Assembly (NCBI GenBank): GCA_028716665.1
Contig: JAQUPP010000002.1
Location: 139,717 to 203,716, forward strand
DNA length: 64,000 nucleotides
Source of the DNA: Patescibacteria group bacterium
GTDB taxonomy: Bacteria; Patescibacteriota; Patescibacteriia; UBA2591; JAQUPP01
Direction of reading: 5' to 3'
Positions 1-9,586 of this stretch are shown one piece after another. A model generated the notes under the pieces. It was given only the letters and a program-made list of their open reading frames with translations, made no database searches and was not told the DNA's origin. The position numbers and the translations under genes are program-made. The stretch's first letter is position 1. Each line of letters opens with the position of its first letter.

Positions 1-121
1 ATTTTATTTTGTTTTTTACGTTACGGTTAAATTGAAATTAATAGAAAGAGACATTACCAAAATTGTCGGAAAAATAAGTTTAAATGACAAGGAAGACAAA
101 AATTAATTAAAATTCATACTT

Positions 122-742
122 ATGATAGATTCGGAAAATATAAATCCAGAAGAAGAACCGAAAAAGGGCGGCTTTTTTAAAGCAAAACCTTATTGGGCGG
201 AATTTATTTTAGATTTGGCTAAAATTGTCATTTTGGCTTTTATAATCATTTGGCCGATTCATCATTTTGTCTTCCAGCCATTTTACGTAAGTGGACCATC
301 AATGGAACCGAATTATTACGATAAAGATTATTTGATTGTTGAAGAAATAAGTTACCGTTTTAATTCTCCGCAGAGAGGAGAGGTGATTGTTTTCCATTCG
401 CCCAATAATTCTCAAGATTATTTAATCAAGAGAGTGATCGGGTTGCCCGGAGAAAGAGTCGTTATCACAAAAAATAAAATTTCTATTTATAATCAGCAGT
501 TTCCCCAAGGAGCCGGGCTTAATGAAAACAGTTATTTAAATCCGGGCCTGATTACAATGGGGGAGATCGATATTCAATTGAATCCGGATGAATACTATGT
601 TTTGGGTGATCATCGAAATGTAAGTTTGGACTCCAGGGTTTTTGGGCCGATTAAAAAAAGCACCATTGTCGGCAGAGCTTGGTTTAGGGGATGGCCTTTT
701 AAAAACTTAGGATTATTAAAAACTCCAATTTTTACTTTTTAA
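122..742 (+). CDS. lepB: Signal peptidase I
   Basis: N-terminal TM helix; S26 motifs GPSMEP, IKRVIGLPG, GDHRNVSLDSR. Confidence 0.95.
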   Translation: MIDSENINPEEEPKKGGFFKAKPYWAEFILDLAKIVILAFIIIWPIHHFVFQPFYVSGPSMEPNYYDKDYLIVEEISYRFNSPQRGEVIVFHSPNNSQDYLIKRVIGLPGERVVITKNKISIYNQQFPQGAGLNENSYLNPGLITMGEIDIQLNPDEYYVLGDHRNVSLDSRVFGPIKKSTIVGRAWFRGWPFKNLGLLKTPIFTF

Positions 743-1010
743 AGAGTTTTGTCCCGCCCAAGTTTTCGCGAAGCGAAAATTTAGGCGGGCTACAAAACCT
801 TTACCCCCTCCTTTATCCCAACGATAAATTCTCGATAATCGTTAGGAATAAGGCGAAGCCGCTTCGCTTACGGCGTATCGTAAAAGGGTAGACCCCCGAT
901 GGAGTAAGGGAGGGGGTACTCAAATTTTTAGTAAAATTTTTCGCGTTATTGCCAAGCGAGTGAGAGAAAAGAAAATTTATTTTCTTTTCCGAGTAAGCGT
1001 AGGCAACACA
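743..1010. repeat. Cluster of nested intergenic palindromic elements
   Basis: cccgcccaagttttcgc-gaa-gcgaaaatttaggcggg (~753-789); taccccctcctt...aagggagggggta enclosing smaller hairpins; ttgcc...gaaaagaaaat/attttcttttc...ggcaa. Confidence 0.7.
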
Positions 1011-1057
1011 GATCTGATAATCTTTATAAATAACTTAAAAATTTTAAAAAATTCGGT

Positions 1058-2605
1058 ATGAACAAAAAAAAGAACAAAAAAATTAACAAAATAGCGAAAA
1101 AGAATAAGAATAATAAAAATAAGAGCAAAAAAAAGCAATTGATTAAACGACCTGAAAAAAGTCCGGTTAGACGAGAAAATAAAATTAGAAATATTCAAGA
1201 TAATACCGTTCAGCCTCTTATTCAACATAAAAAATATTTGCCGAAAAGTTTGCGCGGCATGGAAGATATTTTACCTGAAGAAGGAAAATATTGGGATTTC
1301 GTTTTTCAAAAGGCGCAGGATTTGGCAGAGGATTATGGGTTTAAGAAAATTGAAACCCCTGTTTTGGAAGAAAGAGTTTTATTTGAAAAAAGTACAGGGA
1401 TGACCACCGAAGTGGTTGAGAAACAAATGTATCAGTTTACTGATCGAGGACAAAATCAAGTGGCGCTGCGGCCGGAATTCACACCTTCAATGGTTAGAGC
1501 TTATATTGAACACGGAATGTTTAACTTATCTCAGCCGATAAAATTATTTTGTTTCGGCCCGCTCTTTCGTTATGAAAGACCTCAAGCCGGTCGGCTCCGC
1601 CAATTTCACCAAATTAATTTGGAAGTTTTAGGATCAGACAAACCGGTCAGTGACGCCCAGGTTATTCTATTTTGTAAAACTTTTTTTGAGGAATTGGGAA
1701 TTAAAATTTCCATTCAAATCAACAGTTTGGGCTGTTTGGAATGCCGTAAAGTTTATCGCGCCAAATTGATAAATTATTTTAAATCAAAACGAAACAGACT
1801 TTGTCCTGATTGCCAAAAAAGATTGGTTCGCAATCCTTTGAGAATTTTGGATTGCAAGCAAGAAAATTGTAAAGATTTGATAACTGATGCTCCTCAAATA
1901 GTCGATAGTTTATGTGAAAATTGTCATTCTCACTTTGTAAAAGTTTTAGAATGTCTTGATGAGGCGGAAATTGCTTATGAATTGAATCCGTTTTTGGTTC
2001 GAGGATTGGATTATTACACCCGAACAGTATTTGAAATCGTACCCGTCAGAACGGAAGTTATTTCAATGAAAAAAGTTTCTAAGCCGAAAGAAGAAAATAA
2101 AGAATTATTACCCGGTATGCTTCCTGGTCAGGTAAGCGAAGAACCGATAGAAGTTGTTCCCGTGGCTCCTCCTATGTCAGCTTTGGGTGGCGGAGGAAGA
2201 TATGATAATTTAGTCGGAGAATTAAGCGGCAGAGAAACACCGGCGCTTGGCGTGGCTTTTGGCGTGGAAAGAATTATTGAAGAATTGAAATATCAAAATA
2301 TCAGAATTTCCAAAGAACGGGCGCCAAAAATTTTCTTGGCTCAGCTCGGAGAATTGGCCATGCGAAGATCTTTGAAATTACTTGAAGATTTGCGCAAAGA
2401 AGGATTCAGAGTGGCGGAGAATTTAGCCAAAGACAGCTTGCGGGCTCAATTGGAAATGGCCAATAAAATAGGCGTTAAATTAACTTTGATTTTAGGACAG
2501 CAAGAAATGAGTGATAAAACTATTATTTTCCGCGATATGTCCAGCGGCAATCAAGAAACAATTGATCAGGAAAAAATGATTAAAGAATTAAGAAAAAGAA
2601 TATAA
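1058..2605 (+). CDS. hisS: Histidine--tRNA ligase (Lys-rich N-terminal extension, start uncertain)
   Basis: RGMEDILP, LRPEFT, FRYERPQAGRLRQFHQ, LVRGLDYY, GGGRYD. Confidence 0.97.
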   Translation: MNKKKNKKINKIAKKNKNNKNKSKKKQLIKRPEKSPVRRENKIRNIQDNTVQPLIQHKKYLPKSLRGMEDILPEEGKYWDFVFQKAQDLAEDYGFKKIETPVLEERVLFEKSTGMTTEVVEKQMYQFTDRGQNQVALRPEFTPSMVRAYIEHGMFNLSQPIKLFCFGPLFRYERPQAGRLRQFHQINLEVLGSDKPVSDAQVILFCKTFFEELGIKISIQINSLGCLECRKVYRAKLINYFKSKRNRLCPDCQKRLVRNPLRILDCKQENCKDLITDAPQIVDSLCENCHSHFVKVLECLDEAEIAYELNPFLVRGLDYYTRTVFEIVPVRTEVISMKKVSKPKEENKELLPGMLPGQVSEEPIEVVPVAPPMSALGGGGRYDNLVGELSGRETPALGVAFGVERIIEELKYQNIRISKERAPKIFLAQLGELAMRRSLKLLEDLRKEGFRVAENLAKDSLRAQLEMANKIGVKLTLILGQQEMSDKTIIFRDMSSGNQETIDQEKMIKELRKRI

Positions 2606-2642
2606 AGAGTTTTGTCTCATTAAATTTTTAAATAATTTTGGT

Positions 2643-3884
2643 ATGAAGACAATAGCCATTTGCACATTGGGCTGCAAATTAAATCAGGCTGAAGCGGAAG
2701 AATTGAAAGAAAAATTTGAAGAAAGGGGATTGAGAATAGTGGAGCCGCTTCAAAAAGCTGATTTTTATATTATCAATGCCTGCGCCGTTACCCAAAAAGC
2801 GGAGAAAGAAACTCGGCAGCTTATTTCCCGAATCAAGCGGATGTTTCCTAAAACTTATTTGATAGTTGTTGGCTGTTTTCCTTCCATTCTCAGGCTTGAT
2901 CGCGAATTTATCGGCAAGGTTGATAAATGGATTGATAACAAAAATAAAGAAAAAACCGACAAACTTATTTTGGGACAAATCATTAAAAAGAAGAAAGGCA
3001 AAAATGATTTAAAAAAGAAAACGAGAGCGTTTATTAAAATTCAGGATGGATGCCAAAATTATTGTTCTTATTGTATTGTTCCTTATTTGCGAAAAGAAAT
3101 TTCAAACAAGCCGGCGCAAAAAATCATTCAGGAAATTAAAAATAGAGAAAAAAACGGCTGCCAGGAAATAGTTCTGGTCGGCACCAACATCGGCAACTAC
3201 CGGATAGGGAAATATGATTTGAAGGATTTGTTAAAAGAAATTTTAAATAAAACCACCATCAAGAGAATAAGGCTTTCCTCGCTTTGGCCGACCTTAATTG
3301 ACTCGGAGTTCGTCAAATTAATTCAGAATAATCCGAGAATTTGTCCGCACATTCATTTGTCAATTCAATCCGCTTCCGGCGAAGTTTTGGAAAAAATGAA
3401 TCGCCCCTACAATCGCAAAGATTTGGAAAAAATAATAAAACAACTTAAACAGATTAAAGATATCAATCTCACGGCCGATATTATCGTCGGTTTCCCCGGA
3501 GAGAGCGAGAAAGATTTTCAAGAAACTTATAATTTCGTCAAATCAAGTCAATTTTTGAAAATTCATGTTTTTAAATTTTCCGCCCGCCCGGGCACCAAAG
3601 CTTCTCTTGTTGAAGACGAAATTTCGGATAAAATAAAAAAAACAAGAAGCAATAAATTGATTAAGCTCGGCGAGAAATTATCAGAAAAACAAAGGAAAAT
3701 ATTCATTAATTCAACTTCGGAAGCGTTGATTGAAAACAAAAGAAGCGAATATTGGCAAGGATATACCCCGAATTATCTCAAAGTTTTTTTCAAAAGTGGT
3801 AAAGATTTAACCAATCAAATAGTCAAAGTGAAATTAGTTAAATTTTATCAAGACGGTTTCATGGGCAAATTAATTTCTTTATGA
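2643..3884 (+). CDS. mtaB: tRNA methylthiotransferase MtaB (radical SAM)
   Basis: TLGCKLNQAE, INACAVT, KIQDGCQNYCSYC, IIVGFPGE, HVFKFSARPGT. Confidence 0.88.
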   Translation: MKTIAICTLGCKLNQAEAEELKEKFEERGLRIVEPLQKADFYIINACAVTQKAEKETRQLISRIKRMFPKTYLIVVGCFPSILRLDREFIGKVDKWIDNKNKEKTDKLILGQIIKKKKGKNDLKKKTRAFIKIQDGCQNYCSYCIVPYLRKEISNKPAQKIIQEIKNREKNGCQEIVLVGTNIGNYRIGKYDLKDLLKEILNKTTIKRIRLSSLWPTLIDSEFVKLIQNNPRICPHIHLSIQSASGEVLEKMNRPYNRKDLEKIIKQLKQIKDINLTADIIVGFPGESEKDFQETYNFVKSSQFLKIHVFKFSARPGTKASLVEDEISDKIKKTRSNKLIKLGEKLSEKQRKIFINSTSEALIENKRSEYWQGYTPNYLKVFFKSGKDLTNQIVKVKLVKFYQDGFMGKLISL

Positions 3885-5194
3885 AAATTACTAAAATTTA
3901 CAAACGAGACGGAACAATAGTTCCATTTCATCAAATAAAGATTACCCATGCTATTTACAAGGCTGCCCAGGAAGCCGGGGGACATGATATGAATCTGGCG
4001 GAAAAACTTTCGGATATGGTGGTGGATATTGTGGAAAATCATTCGCCCGAAACCATTCCCACGGTTGAAGAAATTCAGGATATTGTTGAACAAGTTTTAA
4101 TCAAAGAAGGGCATATTAAAACTTCAAAACTTTATATTTTATATCGTCAAAAACGCAAAGAACTGCGAGAAAAAAGAGACAAAAAGGAAATAGAGAATAT
4201 ACCTTATAAAACTATTTGGCAAAGCTTGGTTTGGAATTTGGAACATTCTTGCGACACAATCAGTAAATTAAACGAGCATGTTGAAGCTGGTACTTTTTCT
4301 CAATTAATAAAAGATTCAGAAGCAAGATATGACGAAGAGATTTCAAAAGTGGCGGCGTCAATAAAAGAAAATCTTAACAGAGTAAAATTATTGATTATCA
4401 GCGGCCCGTCTTCTTCCGGTAAAACCACCACCACTCAAAGAATTGCCGAAGAGCTCAAAAGAGAGGGGATGGATTTTATCAAGCTTACGGTGGATAATTA
4501 TTTTTACAGTTTAAAATATCAATTAAAAGACGATTATAGCGATTATGATTTTGAAGGTCCTTATGCTTTGGATATCCCTTTGATCAATCAGCACTTGGCG
4601 GATTTATTAAGAGGAAAGGAAATTGACGTGCCAAGATATAATTTTCAATTGGGTTGCCGCGAAGAAAAAACCGATAAATTAAAACTTAAGGGCAATCAAA
4701 TAATTTTAATAGATTCTCACTTCGGCATTTACGACAAATTAACCGAGATTGTGCCGGAAGATAAAAAATACAAGCTTTATTTGGAGACTCTTTGTCAATT
4801 GAGAGACAAAGACGGACAATTTGTCAGATGGACCGATATCAGATTATTGAGACGGATGATCAGGGATGTTCAATTCAGAGGTTATAATCCGAAAGAAACA
4901 ATCGGACATTGGCATTACGTGCGGCAGGGAGAATTGAAAAATATTATTCCTTACATTCATACGGCTGATTACGTTTTTAACACCAGTCTGGCTTATGAAC
5001 TGCCGATTTTAAAACATTGCCTTTTTAAATTTTTTCCGGAAATGATTGAAACTTATAAAAAAGATCCGAATCGTCAAGACGCTTATATTCGGGCTCAAAG
5101 AGTTTATGATTTATTGAAAGAAGTTAAAGAATTGTCGGACAAATCTTTAGTGCCTCAAAATTCAATTTTAAGAGAATTCATCGGCGATAATTAA
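3881..5194 (+). CDS. ATP-cone domain fused to uridine kinase/phosphoribulokinase-like P-loop domain
   Basis: IYKRDG...VEEIQDIVEQVL...YILYR (ATP cone); SGPSSSGKTT, DIRLLRRMIRD, FNTSLAYEL (uridine-kinase-like). Confidence 0.8.
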   Translation: MKITKIYKRDGTIVPFHQIKITHAIYKAAQEAGGHDMNLAEKLSDMVVDIVENHSPETIPTVEEIQDIVEQVLIKEGHIKTSKLYILYRQKRKELREKRDKKEIENIPYKTIWQSLVWNLEHSCDTISKLNEHVEAGTFSQLIKDSEARYDEEISKVAASIKENLNRVKLLIISGPSSSGKTTTTQRIAEELKREGMDFIKLTVDNYFYSLKYQLKDDYSDYDFEGPYALDIPLINQHLADLLRGKEIDVPRYNFQLGCREEKTDKLKLKGNQIILIDSHFGIYDKLTEIVPEDKKYKLYLETLCQLRDKDGQFVRWTDIRLLRRMIRDVQFRGYNPKETIGHWHYVRQGELKNIIPYIHTADYVFNTSLAYELPILKHCLFKFFPEMIETYKKDPNRQDAYIRAQRVYDLLKEVKELSDKSLVPQNSILREFIGDN

Positions 5195-5429
5195 AAATTA
5201 GTATTTAAAATAATATGCCAGGTAGTGGACTTTGACTTGTCCTCTCACAACTAAAAAGTTTTATCTGGTATATATTTTGCGCATCTAACATATTGTTGAA
5301 GATTTAATTTGTTGATTTTTGGTCGGACAAAAAAAATTCATAAAATAAAAAAGGTTTCCTAAAATAATTTAATTAATAACTTAAAACTTTGGTAATTTTA
5401 CAAAAATTGTCAAAGTTCTACTACCTGGT

Positions 5430-6260
5430 ATGGTTAAACCAACCGCTAAAATGCCCGCTCAACCAAGTGGGGCTCAATATCATATTAATTGTAAAAAAGG
5501 AGACTTGGCGCCATTCGTGCTTTTGCCCGGCGATCCGGGGAGAGTGGCGAAAGTGGCCAATCTTTGGGATAAGAAAAAAGAAATAGCCAATCATCGGGAA
5601 TATCATTCCATGACCGGTGAATATAATGGCACAAAAATTTCTTGTCTTTCCACCGGCATCGGTTCGCCATCCACGGCTATTGCTGTTGAAGAAGCGGCCA
5701 GAATCGGCTGTCATACTTTTATTCGCATTGGTTCCACGGGCGCGATTCAACCGCACATTAAACCGGGTGATTTAATTATCAATACTGCCGGAGTCAGATT
5801 GGAAGGAACTTCTCATTCTTATGTTGACGCGAATTATCCAGCCTTTGCTCATTACGAAGTAATTTTGGCTTTAATAGAGGCGTGTGAAAAATTAAAAATA
5901 AAATATCATTTGGGAATTACCGCTTCAACCGATGCTTTTTATGTTGGTGAAGGCAGACCGGGTTTTAGGAGATACGACCAATCGCGCTTTAAACACACCC
6001 TGGAAGATTTGCAACAAACCAGAGTGACTAATTTGGAGATGGAATCTTCGGCTCTTTTCACCATTGCTAATTTATATGGTTTGAGAGCGGGTTCGGTTTG
6101 CGCGGTTTTTGACAACATCGTGACAGGAGATTGGGGAATAATTGGTGAAAAAGAAATCGGCTTGGTAGCTTCGGAAGCGGTGGCGATTTTGGACAAGTGG
6201 GATAAATTAAAAGATAAAAAACATAAAAAATATTTTTACCCTTCACTTTTAACTAATTAA
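5430..6260 (+). CDS. udp: Uridine phosphorylase
   Basis: LPGDPGRV, HREY, STGIGSPS, FIRIGSTG, EMES. Confidence 0.9.
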   Translation: MVKPTAKMPAQPSGAQYHINCKKGDLAPFVLLPGDPGRVAKVANLWDKKKEIANHREYHSMTGEYNGTKISCLSTGIGSPSTAIAVEEAARIGCHTFIRIGSTGAIQPHIKPGDLIINTAGVRLEGTSHSYVDANYPAFAHYEVILALIEACEKLKIKYHLGITASTDAFYVGEGRPGFRRYDQSRFKHTLEDLQQTRVTNLEMESSALFTIANLYGLRAGSVCAVFDNIVTGDWGIIGEKEIGLVASEAVAILDKWDKLKDKKHKKYFYPSLLTN

Positions 6261-6275
6261 TTTAAATTTAAATTT

Positions 6276-6539
6276 ATGTGTTGTAAAGGAAAAAAAGTTT
6301 TTAAAGGATTTGCGTTAGGAACAATTTTAGGAGGCGTTTTAGGCGTATTGTTTGCCAAAAAATCCGGCAAAGAAACCAGAAAAGAATTAGGCAAAAAAAT
6401 GGAAGAAATAGGTGAAAGAGCTACTGATGCCAAAGAAAAAGTTTTTGAAACCGCCAAAAATACAGCCGAGAAGGTTAAAGAAATCAAAGACGAAGTTGTG
6501 AAAAATGTTGAAGAAATTAAAGATGTTTTTAAAGAATAA
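6276..6539 (+). CDS. YtxH-domain protein
   Basis: GTILGGVLGVLFAKKSGKETRKEL pattern. Confidence 0.8.
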   Translation: MCCKGKKVFKGFALGTILGGVLGVLFAKKSGKETRKELGKKMEEIGERATDAKEKVFETAKNTAEKVKEIKDEVVKNVEEIKDVFKE

Positions 6540-6560
6540 ATAATTTAAAATAATTTTTGT

Positions 6561-6752
6561 ATGTTTAAAATTCAAATAGACAAAGAAAAATGTATTGGCT
6601 GCGGAACTTGCGAAGCGGTCTGTCCGATTAATTGGGAAATGGGGGATGATGGCAAAGCCAAAATGATTAAAGACGAAATTGAAGATTTGGGCTGCAATCG
6701 TTTAGCGGAAGAAAATTGCCCGGTTCAAGCCATTAAACTTACGCCGCAATAA
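6561..6752 (+). CDS. Monocluster ferredoxin
   Basis: CIGCGTCEAVCP ... AEENCPVQAI. Confidence 0.9.
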   Translation: MFKIQIDKEKCIGCGTCEAVCPINWEMGDDGKAKMIKDEIEDLGCNRLAEENCPVQAIKLTPQ

Positions 6753-6758
6753 AAAGTC

Positions 6759-6933
6759 GCGAAATTCACCTTCACTCAACGCTCCAAATCCTTGAAAATT
6801 AAAGTCGTTTTGCTTAAAGAAAAATTCATAACTCCTCTCCCGACTATAGCGGGATCGTCAAACAGATGAATTTTTCTGCAAAACTCCTTAATTTTCTAAG
6901 GCTTTTCCGCGACATCGTTCAGGTGAATTTCGC
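6759..6933. mobile_element. 175-bp MITE-like long-hairpin element, copy 1
   Basis: 13-bp terminal inverted repeat gcgaaattcacct/aggtgaatttcgc; near-identical copy at 33916-34090. Confidence 0.75.
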
Positions 6934-6984
6934 TAAAGCGTAATTTGTAGTATTCATAAAATTCATAGATTAGTATTATAACTT

Positions 6985-7545
6985 ATGTTTGAAATTCGCA
7001 TTCATGGTCGAGCAGGTCAAGGAGCAAAAACAATTGCTCAACTTTTTGCTGAAGTCAATTTGGCGGTAGGCAAATTTGTTCAGGCTTTTCCTTCGTACGG
7101 ACCGGCCAGAGAAGGGGCAGCGATGAATGCTTTTGTCAGAATTGACAATCAGCCGATTAAACTGCATTCGGATATTAAAAAACCGGACGCGGTTTTGGTA
7201 ATTGACCCCTTGTTGGTTGAAACTGAAAATGTCACTCAAGGTTTGAAAAAAAACGGAATTGTTATTATCAATTCAAACGCTTCAAGCGACAGTTTTAAAA
7301 AGAAACTGGGTAATAATTTCAGAATTTATACCGTTCCGGCTTCGCATATTGCTTTGAAATTTTTCAAGAAAGATATTCCCAATACCGTTTTGCTCGGCGC
7401 TTTGGTCAAGGCGACGAAAATTATTTGTTTGGACGAATTGCTCAAGGGAACTAAAGAAAAATTCGTAAAAAAATTAAGTCCTCAATTGATTGAGGCAAAT
7501 TTAAAATCAATTCAAGAAGGTTATAATTTTCTTAAAATATCATAA
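6985..7545 (+). CDS. porC: 2-oxoacid:ferredoxin oxidoreductase gamma subunit
   Basis: IRIHGRAGQGAKT, QAFPSYGPAREG, PNTVLLGA. Confidence 0.9.
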   Translation: MFEIRIHGRAGQGAKTIAQLFAEVNLAVGKFVQAFPSYGPAREGAAMNAFVRIDNQPIKLHSDIKKPDAVLVIDPLLVETENVTQGLKKNGIVIINSNASSDSFKKKLGNNFRIYTVPASHIALKFFKKDIPNTVLLGALVKATKIICLDELLKGTKEKFVKKLSPQLIEANLKSIQEGYNFLKIS

Positions 7546-7817
7546 TGACTGAAAAAAATAAAATTTTAATTGGCGGAATAATTGACAAACCGGGTTCGTC
7601 AAAAGATTATAAAACCGGCTCTTGGCGGTCTCAAGTGCCTGTTTGGGATAAAAAAAAATGCATTCAATGTTTAGTTTGCGTTAATTATTGTCCGGAAAAT
7701 TGCATCCCGCTCAAAGAAGACAAAAGAGTTGAAACAGATTTTGATTATTGCAAGGGTTGCGGAATTTGCGCTCAAGTTTGTCCGGTCAAAGCAATAATAA
7801 TGAAAGAGGGAAAATAA
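7545..7817 (+). CDS. porD: 2-oxoacid:ferredoxin oxidoreductase delta subunit
   Basis: KTGSWR; CIQCLVCVNYCP and YCKGCGICAQVCP. Confidence 0.9.
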   Translation: MTEKNKILIGGIIDKPGSSKDYKTGSWRSQVPVWDKKKCIQCLVCVNYCPENCIPLKEDKRVETDFDYCKGCGICAQVCPVKAIIMKEGK

Positions 7818-7818
7818 A

Positions 7819-8988
7819 ATGATTAAAAATAATTTTAAAACAATAGCCTTAACCGGCGGAGAAGCCGCAGCCGAAGCGATGAGACAAATTAATCCGGCTG
7901 TTTTTTCGGCTTATCCGATTACTCCACAAACTCCGATTATTGAAAAATTCGCGAAAATAGTTGAACAGGGATTGGTGGAGACGAAATTCATTTCCGTTGA
8001 ATCAGAACATTCGGCTATGAGTTTGGTGGTTGGCGCTACTGCCGCGGGCGGACGGGCGATGACGGCCACTTCCAGTCAAGGATTGGCTTTAATGATTGAA
8101 ATTTTGCCCATTGCCTCGGGTTTGCGTTTGCCGATTGTGATGAATTTGGCAATGAGAGCTTTATCCGCTCCTTTAAATATTCATAATGATCATCAAGATG
8201 CGATGCTGGCGCGCGATTTGGGTTGGATACAAATATTCTGTGAAAATAATCAGGAAGTTTATGAAAATAATTTTTTAGCCGTTCGTTTGGCCGAAAGTCA
8301 AAAAGTTAAATTGCCGGTTATGGTTTGCCAAGACGGTTTTATCGCTTCGCATAATTTGGAAGGCGTTAAAGTTTATGACGATAAAATAATCAAAAATTTC
8401 GTCGGCGATTATACTCCGGAAAATTATCTTTTAAATCTTAAAAAACCTTTAACCATCGGAGCGTTCGTGATGCCGGATTATTATTTTGAAATTAAAAAAC
8501 AAGTGGCGGACGCGATGAACGAGGCAAAAAAAGTTTATTTGAAAATAGGACAAGAGCTTAAAAAAATCACCGGCAATAATTACGGATATTTTGAAGAATA
8601 TTTTATGTCTGACGCGAAAGCGGTGATCGTGGCCATGGGTTCTGTCAGCGGCACAGCCAAAGCAGCAGTGGATAAATTGAGATCTCAGGGCAAGAAAGTC
8701 GGCTTGTTGAAAATTAATTTATACCGGCCATTTCCTTATAAAGAAGTGGAAAAAGTTTTAAATAAAATAAAATTTGTCGGCATTTTGGAAAGAGTGATGG
8801 GTTGCGGTTCAATAACGCCGTTGACCAGCGATATCAGCGAATGCTTGAATTCAAAAACCTCAAGACAAACTTATATTTTGGGATTGGGCGGAAGAGATGT
8901 TCAAATGGAAGAAATAGAAGGAATTTTCAATGATTTGCTTAAAGGAAAATTAAGTAAAGAACCGAAATATGTTGGACTGAAAAACTAG
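7819..8988 (+). CDS. porA: 2-oxoacid:ferredoxin oxidoreductase alpha subunit
   Basis: AYPITPQT, VESEHSA, TATSSQGL, YRPFP, GLGGRD. Confidence 0.93.
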   Translation: MIKNNFKTIALTGGEAAAEAMRQINPAVFSAYPITPQTPIIEKFAKIVEQGLVETKFISVESEHSAMSLVVGATAAGGRAMTATSSQGLALMIEILPIASGLRLPIVMNLAMRALSAPLNIHNDHQDAMLARDLGWIQIFCENNQEVYENNFLAVRLAESQKVKLPVMVCQDGFIASHNLEGVKVYDDKIIKNFVGDYTPENYLLNLKKPLTIGAFVMPDYYFEIKKQVADAMNEAKKVYLKIGQELKKITGNNYGYFEEYFMSDAKAVIVAMGSVSGTAKAAVDKLRSQGKKVGLLKINLYRPFPYKEVEKVLNKIKFVGILERVMGCGSITPLTSDISECLNSKTSRQTYILGLGGRDVQMEEIEGIFNDLLKGKLSKEPKYVGLKN

Positions 8989-9026
8989 CTTCTTAGCTTG
9001 TAGCTTTTTAGCTTCTTAGGATTAAT

Positions 9027-9434
9027 ATGATTATAGAAATCAATAAATTAATAAAATTTAATCTCAGCAAGAATTTTATTAAATTGATTTTGAAAAGAAT
9101 TTTGAAGGAAACCGCCAAGAAAATTCCAAAAATAAAAAATATCGATTCTTTCTCCGTTGTTTTTACAAACGAAAAAACGATTCAGGCGATTAATAAAAAA
9201 TATCGCAAAATCAATAAAGCCACTGACGTTCTGTCTTTCAGCGATCCGGCCGAAATTATAATTTGCTGGTCTCAGCTCAAAAAGCAGGCGAAAGAATTCA
9301 AGCACACTCAAATTGAAGAATTGAAAATTTTATTGGTTCACAGTGTTCTGCATATTTTGGGACACGACCATCGTTTTGAAAAAGAAAAAAATAAAATGGA
9401 CAAACTCGCTAATCAAATACTTAGAGTAATATAA
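9027..9434 (+). CDS. ybeY: rRNA maturation RNase YbeY
   Basis: NKKYR..NKATDVLSF; HSVLHILGHDH. Confidence 0.92.
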   Translation: MIIEINKLIKFNLSKNFIKLILKRILKETAKKIPKIKNIDSFSVVFTNEKTIQAINKKYRKINKATDVLSFSDPAEIIICWSQLKKQAKEFKHTQIEELKILLVHSVLHILGHDHRFEKEKNKMDKLANQILRVI

Positions 9435-9473
9435 GACTTCGTAAGTTGGCGGACGCGAATTGCCGTGAAAATT

Positions 9474-9572
9474 TATAGTTATTAGTTAATGGTTTTTAGT
9501 CTTGGTTTATTGGTTGCCGGTTTCTAACTGACAACTGAATAACTATAACCAATAACTATGAACTAAAAACTA
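9474..9572. repeat. Inverted arrays of degenerate ~7-nt repeats
   Basis: tagttat/tggtttt units followed by complementary ataacta/ataacca units. Confidence 0.65.
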
Positions 9573-9586
9573 TTATAAATACGCAT

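Noticed and set aside
5214-5271. Stem tatgccaggta/tatctggtata upstream of udp as a riboswitch
   Set aside because: No recognisable aptamer motif or expression platform; insufficient support.
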